A DNA stretch of 64,000 nucleotides, taken from Thermodesulfobacteriota bacterium. GTDB lineage: Bacteria; Desulfobacterota_D; UBA1144; Nemesobacterales; UBA2774. Shown piece after piece: positions 56,898 to 64,000 of this stretch (position 1 is the first letter of the stretch; every line of letters starts with the position of its first letter). The notes beneath the pieces are model-generated. The model searched no databases, was not told where the DNA came from, and saw only the letters and a program-made list of their open reading frames with translations. Made by a program: the position numbers and the translations under genes. Where the stretch lies: contig OZ244991.1 in NCBI GenBank assembly GCA_965223335.1, positions 2,112,001-2,176,000 on the forward strand, in the 5' to 3' direction.

Positions 56898-57950
56898 TTA
56901 GTATTTCTTAGGTTTCAATATGTATTTGCCCTTTTTATCGATGAAACCCAATTTGCCGTTTTTATAAACACGACCAACGCCATCGGAGAATGTAATTGGG
57001 TGATCAGAAATTGGAGGGATTACCATTTCCCCATTTTTGTCTACGCAGCCCCATTTCCCGTCAACTTCTACTGATAATAACCCTTCTGTAAACATGAACA
57101 TAATATCGTCATATATTGGTTTGATCTTAAGTTGCCCGGTTTTATCGATGTAACCATGCTCTCCATTTATTTTGACCAATGCCATACCGTCACGAAAACT
57201 ATATGCCATATCGTATTTCGGTTCGATAACAATTTCAAAATTCTTATCCATATATCCCAGTTTCTTGTCAACCCTCACTGCAGCAAGCCCCTCAGAAAAA
57301 TGGCTGGAATATCGATATTCAGTTTGTTTGACAATAACCCCTTTCTTATTCATATATCCCGTGCCTTTCCCTTTTGTGTAACCTACGGCATAACCATCTA
57401 AGAACTCGAATGTAACATCAAAAGGGGATTCTATGACAGTTTTGCCAGTCTTATCTATAAAGAAGTCTTTCCCATCTTTTTCAACGAGAGCCAAGCCATC
57501 TGAAAACGGAAGAGCACTTTCAAATCGCTGTTTGAAAACATCTTCCCCTTTTTTGTTTATGAAAAAATACTGTTTTGTATCAGGAGTGTCTGGGAGGTTT
57601 TCAACTACAACAGATAATCCTTCGGTAAAGCCTATAGCGCCATCATATATGGGTTTTACTACAATTTCTCCTTTTCCGTTTATGAATCCGTATTTATCAT
57701 TTCCGTATTCATCAATAATTTTAATTCTACTCAGTTCGTCTGATTTGAATTGAGTAGCATGATCAAATCTTGGCTTTATGACCCATTCGCCTTTCTTGTT
57801 TATGAATCCATACTTCTTTTTCACAATAATATTATCAACGAGTACCGGATATAGGGTTTCTACCTCATCTGTAGCACTTTGAGTGTTCTTTCCGATAATA
57901 CATAAAGATGTAAGAGCGAATAGTAACAGAGTAGGTATTAAGTACCTCAT
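56898..57950 (-). CDS. WG-repeat (KWG) protein
   Basis: Repeated YGFINKKG..VIKP.YD.A..F.EGLA.V. Confidence 0.9.
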   Translation of the reverse strand: MRYLIPTLLLFALTSLCIIGKNTQSATDEVETLYPVLVDNIIVKKKYGFINKKGEWVIKPRFDHATQFKSDELSRIKIIDEYGNDKYGFINGKGEIVVKPIYDGAIGFTEGLSVVVENLPDTPDTKQYFFINKKGEDVFKQRFESALPFSDGLALVEKDGKDFFIDKTGKTVIESPFDVTFEFLDGYAVGYTKGKGTGYMNKKGVIVKQTEYRYSSHFSEGLAAVRVDKKLGYMDKNFEIVIEPKYDMAYSFRDGMALVKINGEHGYIDKTGQLKIKPIYDDIMFMFTEGLLSVEVDGKWGCVDKNGEMVIPPISDHPITFSDGVGRVYKNGKLGFIDKKGKYILKPKKY

Positions 57951-58100
57951 AATATTAATTATACGGTTAAGATTGCAGATTTCATGAATTAATTATTCTT
58001 CTATTGTTGCAACTCTCACATATTAATCACTTTTTTCGAGATGTTTTACTATTGAAACGTGATGGTATATAGTCAAAGCTAGTCCTATCGGGAGGGAATT

Positions 58101-58562
58101 ATGCAAACATTAATAGGGGTTATAGGTGGCGGGGATGCTTCGGAAAAGGAGTATGAGACCGCGGTGGAGGTAGGCGGCGAGATTGCGCGCAGGGGCTACA
58201 CACTGGTATGCGGGGGATTGGGGGGTGTGATGGAGGCGGCGTGCAGGGGTGCAAAGTCCCAGGGGGGGCTCACAATAGGCATAATTCCGGGTACAAACAG
58301 GCAAGAAGCTAATAAATTTGTTGATATTCCGGTTGTAACCGGTCTTAGTCATGCAAGAAATATTATTGTAGTTCGCTCAAGTTGTGCTATAATAGCCATT
58401 GGAGGGAGCTATGGGACACTATCCGAAATAGCGTATGCGCTTAGGTTAGACGTGCCTGTAGTAGGAATCGGATCATGGGAGGTGTCGTCCGATATTGTAC
58501 AAACTCAGTCTGCCGCCCAGGCAGTGGAAATGGCTATTGGTCTTGCCGGTAATACTGGTTAG
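58101..58562 (+). CDS. LOG-family/TIGR00725 protein
   Basis: CGGLGGVMEAACRGA, RNIIV, GGSYGTLSEIAYA. Confidence 0.88.
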   Translation: MQTLIGVIGGGDASEKEYETAVEVGGEIARRGYTLVCGGLGGVMEAACRGAKSQGGLTIGIIPGTNRQEANKFVDIPVVTGLSHARNIIVVRSSCAIIAIGGSYGTLSEIAYALRLDVPVVGIGSWEVSSDIVQTQSAAQAVEMAIGLAGNTG

Positions 58563-59208
58563 CTTTGCATGCGGCTCGAAGCCCCCTACGCGAAGCATCT
58601 CGGCCCCGCCGCGGCCTAAAGAGAATATGGACGTCGAGAGGTGCCTTAGGCGCGCACATAACGGCACCGAGACATCTAAGTTCCATACTCTGCGCGAGGG
58701 TGAAACGCTTTACCGAGTATCCATGCTCTACGGCACCACCGTGGACGAACTAATAAGACTAAACGATATATATGACCATCGAGACATCCCCAAGGGAACA
58801 CGACTGCTTGTGCCCGAATACACTATGACACGCGGGTTTTTGTGGCCCGTGCCGGGGAAGATATCGTCGGGATTCGGCCGCCGTGGACGCAGGAACCATA
58901 ACGGCATAGACATCCCCGCACCCAGGGGCACACCCATACGCGCCGCAGCCGACGGGCTTGTGGTGGCCAGTGCGAGGAGCGTGCGAGGCTATTCGGGATA
59001 CGGTAGAATAGTGCTGGTCGCACACGGCAACGGTATGAGGACCCTATATGCGCATACGAGCCGAAACAATGTGAACCGAGGCGAGTGTGTGCGAGCGGGC
59101 CAGGTGATAGCCGAGGTGGGTGCCACAGGCAGAGCGACGGGGAACCACCTGCACTTTGAGGTGCGTCAAAACGGCAGGGCCGTAAACCCCATGTCGTACT
59201 TGCCATAA
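58495..59208 (+). CDS. LysM plus M23 peptidase lipoprotein (NlpD-like)
   Basis: HTLREGETLYRVS (LysM), HNGIDI, YAH, HLHFEVR; start uncertain. Confidence 0.88.
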   Translation: MYKLSLPPRQWKWLLVLPVILVSFACGSKPPTRSISAPPRPKENMDVERCLRRAHNGTETSKFHTLREGETLYRVSMLYGTTVDELIRLNDIYDHRDIPKGTRLLVPEYTMTRGFLWPVPGKISSGFGRRGRRNHNGIDIPAPRGTPIRAAADGLVVASARSVRGYSGYGRIVLVAHGNGMRTLYAHTSRNNVNRGECVRAGQVIAEVGATGRATGNHLHFEVRQNGRAVNPMSYLP

Positions 59209-59228
59209 CCAGAAAAGGAGATTTACCG

Positions 59229-59750
59229 ATGATTGATGTGAAGGACTATATAAGGGGGATACCGGACTTCCCCAAAGAAGGGATTGTGTTCCACGATATC
59301 ACACCGCTGCTGCAAAACGCCAAGGCCTACGAGAGTGCCGTGAACCAGATGGCCGAGATGCTGGACGGCCACGAGATCGATTACCTGGTGGGTATAGAGG
59401 CCAGGGGATTTATATTTGCGTCGGCCCTTGCGATGAAGCTCGGCACCGGTCTTGTAATCGTAAGAAAGCCGGGCAAGCTACCGTACGTTACTATTAACGC
59501 ATCGTATGACCTCGAGTACGGCTCCGACACCCTTGAGGTGCATAAAGACGCAATTCACAAGGGGGGCAGAGTGGTGTTGGTAGACGACCTGCTGGCCACG
59601 GGGGGCACGGCAGCGGCCGCAGGAGAGCTTATACGAGAGCTTGGGGGCGAGGTAGTGGGATACTGTTTCTTAGTGGAACTTACCGAACTTAGGGGGATAG
59701 AAAAGCTTAATCCCCATAAGGTCTGGTCACTCGCTAAATACGACGTATGA
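59229..59750 (+). CDS. apt: Adenine phosphoribosyltransferase
   Basis: IPDFPKEGIVFHDITPLL, EARGF, RKPGKLP, VDDLLATGGT. Confidence 0.96.
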   Translation: MIDVKDYIRGIPDFPKEGIVFHDITPLLQNAKAYESAVNQMAEMLDGHEIDYLVGIEARGFIFASALAMKLGTGLVIVRKPGKLPYVTINASYDLEYGSDTLEVHKDAIHKGGRVVLVDDLLATGGTAAAAGELIRELGGEVVGYCFLVELTELRGIEKLNPHKVWSLAKYDV

Positions 59751-60727
59751 AAACAGTTGGGTTAATACTCAATCCGTCTGCTAGGAAGAACAAAAGGCAG
59801 ACCCAAAACAAAATAGATACATTCCAATCCATGTTCGGCGACCGGGGCGTGGTATATGTGACATCCGAGAGTTCCGAGGTGGGGGACGCCATAGAAAAGC
59901 TCAGGCGAGATGGCGTGCGGGTGCTCTGTGTGAGCGGTGGGGACGGTACTCTAAGCACTGTGCTTACCACATATATAAACAGCTATGGGGACCGGGAACT
60001 GCCGCTGGTTGTACCGCTTAAAGGCGGTACGATAAACATGATAGGGGCTGAGTTCGGCTTGTGGCAGGACCAGGTCAAGGTACTAAAGAAGCTTCTTGGT
60101 TACATAGACGATGACAAACCTATCCCTTACAAGTCCAAGAGGCTTATAACGGTAAGCGACGACCAACTGTCCGATCCCATACACGCGTTTACATACATAG
60201 ACGGGCTAATGTTTAGGTTTATGAACGAGTACTACACGCAGGGGGCCGGGCACGAGGTGGCCACGATGCTCGCACTTAAGTATGTGGGGCTTGCCGTGTC
60301 TAACCCCGACCACAAGATATTCCGCGAGGTGGACTCATCGGTATACGTCGACGGTAAAGAGATACAGAAAGACGGGCACGTGCTGATCATAGCTTCTGTG
60401 CTAGACAAGTTTGTGTTTGGGTTCGATATATTCACGAGCCACGACCTTGGGGATAAGGGGTTTCATTTTGTTTATATGCGCCACCCCTATCTGAAAAAAT
60501 ACCGCTACAAGATCCCCCTCGGCCTCTATAAGGGGCTTAAGTCGGATGCTGACGGGGATTTTCTCAACACTCACACCGAGAGCCTTAGGATAGAGCGTAA
60601 TACCGGTTACATTGTGGACGGCGAGATATACAACACCGATACCGAAAGGAGCATTGAACTTGTTTTAGGCCCGAAAGTAAATATATTTTCTGTAAAGAGC
60701 ACGGAGTATTACAAACTGGATAGCTAG
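59747..60727 (+). CDS. Diacylglycerol/lipid kinase catalytic domain protein
   Basis: ILNP.A, SGGDGT, PLKGGTIN, VDGE. Confidence 0.8.
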   Translation: MKTVGLILNPSARKNKRQTQNKIDTFQSMFGDRGVVYVTSESSEVGDAIEKLRRDGVRVLCVSGGDGTLSTVLTTYINSYGDRELPLVVPLKGGTINMIGAEFGLWQDQVKVLKKLLGYIDDDKPIPYKSKRLITVSDDQLSDPIHAFTYIDGLMFRFMNEYYTQGAGHEVATMLALKYVGLAVSNPDHKIFREVDSSVYVDGKEIQKDGHVLIIASVLDKFVFGFDIFTSHDLGDKGFHFVYMRHPYLKKYRYKIPLGLYKGLKSDADGDFLNTHTESLRIERNTGYIVDGEIYNTDTERSIELVLGPKVNIFSVKSTEYYKLDS

Positions 60728-60738
60728 GTGTGTGAGAG

Positions 60739-61836
60739 ATGCCGCAAATACATGTAGACCTTAACAAGACCACTGACAACTCGTACGATATTGTAATCGG
60801 CCAGGAGCTTTTGGGCCGTATAGCGGAGGACATTGCTGCTGCGACGCTCGGGCACAAGTACGCTGTGATTACCGATAGCAATGTAGAGAAATTGTATGGG
60901 ATAGACCTTTTGGACGAGCTTCTGGAGAGGGGGCTCGATGCGTGCATGATCCCCTTCCCCGCCGGTGAGCGTTATAAATCGCGTGAAACTAAATCAATGC
61001 TCGAGGACAGGATGCTTGAGCTGGGTTTTGCCAGGGATTCGGCAATAATAGCACTCGGCGGAGGAGTGCCGGGTGATATTGCAGGTTATGTGGCTGCTAC
61101 ATATGCCAGGGGCATCCCGTATGTGCAGGTACCCACGACATTGGTCGCGTGCGTGGACAGCTCGGTCGGGGGTAAAACAGCGGTGGACACCCCGCACGGG
61201 AAAAACCTGATAGGGGCGTTTCATCAACCCTGGCGGGTGTATGCCGATATCGACACCCTAAAAACGCTCTCTCGAAAAGAGATGCGTGAGGGGCTGGCAG
61301 AGGTCATAAAATACGGTGTCATATGGGACGGGGAGCTGTTTAAGTTTCTGGAAGGCTCGCTTGACCTGGTGTTTGGTTATGAAAATGAGGCGCTCGAATA
61401 TATTGTAACCAGGGGCTGTGAGATAAAGGGCGAGGTTGTGGAGCGGGACGAGCACGAGTCCAACCTGCGCAAGGTACTAAACTATGGCCACACCGTGGGG
61501 CACGCTGTCGAGAACCTGTCTGATTACACGATCACACACGGTGAGGCCATATCGATAGGGATGGTGGCCGAGGGCAATATAGCAAGCGCTATAGGGCTTA
61601 TTTCGCAGGACGAGGTAGAGAGGATAAAGGCATTGCTCGCCGAGGCAGAGCTGCCCACAGAGATGCCCCCGGACCAAGATATTTCGGAGATAATAGAGGT
61701 GATGAAGCTCGACAAAAAATCCCGCGGGGGGCAGATAGAGATGGCGCTACCCCAAGAGATCGGTGTTATGTCGTCGCCCGGGGACAGGTACGGAATTGCG
61801 GTCGAGGAAGATATAATCCGCACTGCTATTGCTTAG
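60739..61836 (+). CDS. aroB: 3-dehydroquinate synthase
   Basis: ALGGGVPGD, PTTLVACVDSSVGGKT, KNLIGAFHQP, LNYGHTVGHA, DKK. Confidence 0.96.
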   Translation: MPQIHVDLNKTTDNSYDIVIGQELLGRIAEDIAAATLGHKYAVITDSNVEKLYGIDLLDELLERGLDACMIPFPAGERYKSRETKSMLEDRMLELGFARDSAIIALGGGVPGDIAGYVAATYARGIPYVQVPTTLVACVDSSVGGKTAVDTPHGKNLIGAFHQPWRVYADIDTLKTLSRKEMREGLAEVIKYGVIWDGELFKFLEGSLDLVFGYENEALEYIVTRGCEIKGEVVERDEHESNLRKVLNYGHTVGHAVENLSDYTITHGEAISIGMVAEGNIASAIGLISQDEVERIKALLAEAELPTEMPPDQDISEIIEVMKLDKKSRGGQIEMALPQEIGVMSSPGDRYGIAVEEDIIRTAIA

Positions 61837-61854
61837 CACTAATAAAACGAACAG

Positions 61855-62463
61855 ATGGACCAGATACTCGACGTTACAGAGCAGATTCTGCCACTCGACC
61901 TGGGTGTGGTGTTCGGCAACCAAAACCCCTATGTGCTTGAGATAGGGTTTGGCGACGGGGAGTTTTTGGTGGAGATGGCCGCAAGGACCCCCGAGCGCAA
62001 TTTCGTGGGGATAGAGGTTAAGCGCCGCCGTTTTCTGAGGGGAGTCAAAAAAGCAAACCGGGTCGGGCTAAAGAACATAAAACTGCTCCACATGGAGGCA
62101 GAGATAGCGCTTTGGGAGGTTTTCGGGGGCCCGCAATTCTCGGTGGTCTACATTAACTTCCCGGACCCCTGGCCCAAGGAAAAGCACCTAAAACACAGGA
62201 TAGTAAACCGAGAGGTAATGGGCAGGATATCCGAGCTTATGCTCCCAGGTGCAGTGCTTGAGATCGCGACCGACCACAAGGACTATTTTGCAAGCAGTGT
62301 CGATGTCGTGGGCTCGATGGACTGTTTTACCAACGACACCCCGCCGCCGGGATATGTGAACGAGATTCCTGGGCGGCCCTATACGAAGTATGAAACGGGC
62401 TATAGGGCAGAGGGGCGCGAAATCTATTATATGGTGCTTCGCAATGTTGCCGATCATACTTAA
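61855..62463 (+). CDS. trmB: tRNA (guanine-N7)-methyltransferase
   Basis: LEIGFGDG, NFPDPWPK..H.KHR, ATD, TKYE. Confidence 0.93.
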   Translation: MDQILDVTEQILPLDLGVVFGNQNPYVLEIGFGDGEFLVEMAARTPERNFVGIEVKRRRFLRGVKKANRVGLKNIKLLHMEAEIALWEVFGGPQFSVVYINFPDPWPKEKHLKHRIVNREVMGRISELMLPGAVLEIATDHKDYFASSVDVVGSMDCFTNDTPPPGYVNEIPGRPYTKYETGYRAEGREIYYMVLRNVADHT

Positions 62464-62550
62464 AATGCGGGATATCAGACATAGAGGGAATATAATTAAT
62501 CGATTAATCAGGTACAATAATACTCAGGTCTGCGAAGGAGGAATAAAGGA

Positions 62551-62841
62551 ATGCATAACCCATTTAGGAACACTATTTTAGTAATGCTTGTGGCCTCGAC
62601 CTTAATGCTCGGCGGCTGTGCCGGGGGCGGGGGCGGAGCCGGGTACTGGTTTCATATCCTATTTGTAATAATACCCATGGTTGCAATCGGCGTGTATCTG
62701 CTTAAACGCACCGAGGCAATGAACGATTCTCTATATATACTAGAAGGTCAGTTAAAGAGGCTTAGCTCTAAGATTGACTCGATAGAAGAGAAAGTTGCCA
62801 AAAACCAAAAACCCGAACCGAAAAAACGCACCAAGAGCTAA
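62551..62841 (+). CDS. Small hypothetical membrane lipoprotein
   Basis: Lipobox LGGC, TM helix, coiled coil. Confidence 0.65.
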   Translation: MHNPFRNTILVMLVASTLMLGGCAGGGGGAGYWFHILFVIIPMVAIGVYLLKRTEAMNDSLYILEGQLKRLSSKIDSIEEKVAKNQKPEPKKRTKS

Positions 62842-62843
62842 GA

Positions 62844-63449
62844 TTATTTCTCTTGTTGTTTCTTCTTTAGCGCCTCTTGGTTCCTAAGCGCTTCCATCTG
62901 GTACTGTACGGGCACATTACCCAGATCGTTGGTGGCGTTCACTGTGCCATCATCGTCGGTCCATGTAAATAGTCCGCCTTTTACACCGGGGGTAGTGAAA
63001 TCCCCGTCTTCTGTGGACGAGAAGTCTTGGTTAGGAGCAGGGCCTTCGGGCGCTTCTCCCCTTGCGTTTGCTTCCTGCTCTGCTTTTTTTGCGGCCTCTT
63101 CTGCTTTGGCTTTTTCCTCTGCCTCTTTAGCTGCAAGGGACTCGTTTATCTCGGTGTTGGTTCTTCTTTTGGTGGTAGTGCCCAATGTGCCAGCGCCGTC
63201 GCGGTTGCCGCTCTCTGTGGTGCTGTCCATGGTGGATAGCCCATAGGGATTTAGGTTGTCGCGCGGGGTTACCATGTATTCGGGGAAATTAGGGGGTGGA
63301 GCACCTCCTGGTGCAGCAGGTGCCGGTGGTGCGACGTTGCCTCCGGGCGTGCCGGTGCTCTGTGCAAACACATTGGTAGGACTAAAAGAAATTGATATAG
63401 CTAAAATTGTACAAACGGTTAAAAAACCGTAGATATAACGCATCATCAT
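62844..63449 (-). CDS. Hypothetical exported protein with DUF4124-like C-terminal motif
   Basis: Signal peptide; LFTWTDDDGTVNATND..VP; GGAGG RBS. Confidence 0.65.
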   Translation of the reverse strand: MMMRYIYGFLTVCTILAISISFSPTNVFAQSTGTPGGNVAPPAPAAPGGAPPPNFPEYMVTPRDNLNPYGLSTMDSTTESGNRDGAGTLGTTTKRRTNTEINESLAAKEAEEKAKAEEAAKKAEQEANARGEAPEGPAPNQDFSSTEDGDFTTPGVKGGLFTWTDDDGTVNATNDLGNVPVQYQMEALRNQEALKKKQQEK

Positions 63450-63577
63450 GCCTCCTTAATGCTTATACTAAAACTATACACCCGAATGCTGAATTCACAA
63501 TCAATAATTAATTAATAGTAATTAAGGGTAATATTAGCACAAATAGGTGTGGGGAACAATATGTTTATAAATTAAAG

Positions 63578-64000
63578 TTATCTATTAACTATGGAGTGCA
63601 ACTCATAATAATATAATGCGCATATTACAAGAGAGTGTGTGATTTTTGCATCCCTCACCAGTGAGCGGAAGTCAGAGGCGGGGTGAAGCACAGTGGTTAT
63701 GTCTTCGGTGCCGTCGAAGCTCGGTTCCGCGGATTTTACGGCGTCGCGGGCCAGGAATGTATGGCAGCGGTTGCTCTGGATGGCGGGGTTGGGTTCAACC
63801 AGCCCTAAGAAGTGCCAATCGTCAGAGGAGTATCCCGTTTCTTCGAGAAGCTCTCTCTTGGCGGCCTCAAGCGGGCTCTCGCCGGGGTCTACCATGCCCC
63901 CTGCGACCTCGAGTGTAACACCCATGACACCGTGGCGGTACTGCTCGATCAGTACAAGCTCGTTATCGGTGGTAACGGTGACCACGTTTATCCAGTCGGG
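63578..64000 (-). CDS. NUDIX hydrolase (ADP-ribose pyrophosphatase-like), 5' end off window
   Basis: PDWINVV..QYRHG..LEVAGGMVDPGESPLEAAKRELLEETGY (Nudix box). Confidence 0.9.
   Translation of the reverse strand, partial: PDWINVVTVTTDNELVLIEQYRHGVMGVTLEVAGGMVDPGESPLEAAKRELLEETGYSSDDWHFLGLVEPNPAIQSNRCHTFLARDAVKSAEPSFDGTEDITTVLHPASDFRSLVRDAKITHSLVICALYYYELHSIVNR

Overview
Bacterial chromosomal window. The gene content (PilS/PilR-type sigma54 pair, pilD, CDC48-type ATPase) loosely suggests a Desulfobacterota/Dadabacteria-like host, which is an unverified inference. Housekeeping blocks at both ends (recF-cdc48-pilD-pilS/R-hemY on the left; apt-aroB-trmB on the right) flank a large accessory region that begins at a tRNA-Thr(CGT) gene at 22044-22118. 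The main highlight is a compact 6.66 kb element (22072-28732) bounded by a perfect 47-bp duplication of the tRNA 3' part. It encodes a tyrosine integrase, a cytoplasmic trypsin-like protease, a TPR protein and a divergent family-B DNA polymerase with piPolB-like motifs and a C-terminal HTH, so it looks like a minimal pipolin-like self-synthesising element. It is followed by a second, integrase-less island (to a degenerate att at 37214-37240). That island carries a Sec-type Rhs/teneurin-like protein and an orphan Rhs cassette; both end in Cys-rich SAA-like tips and each has a candidate immunity gene. Other observations: a conserved promoter plus structured 5' leader present twice (before rhs and before the sulfatase-maturase operon); a ligand-gated ion channel inside a sulfatase operon; tandem DUF3604, histidine kinase and TPR paralogues; and a gene frameshifted by one extra AT unit. 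All family assignments come from motif recognition by eye, with no database searches.
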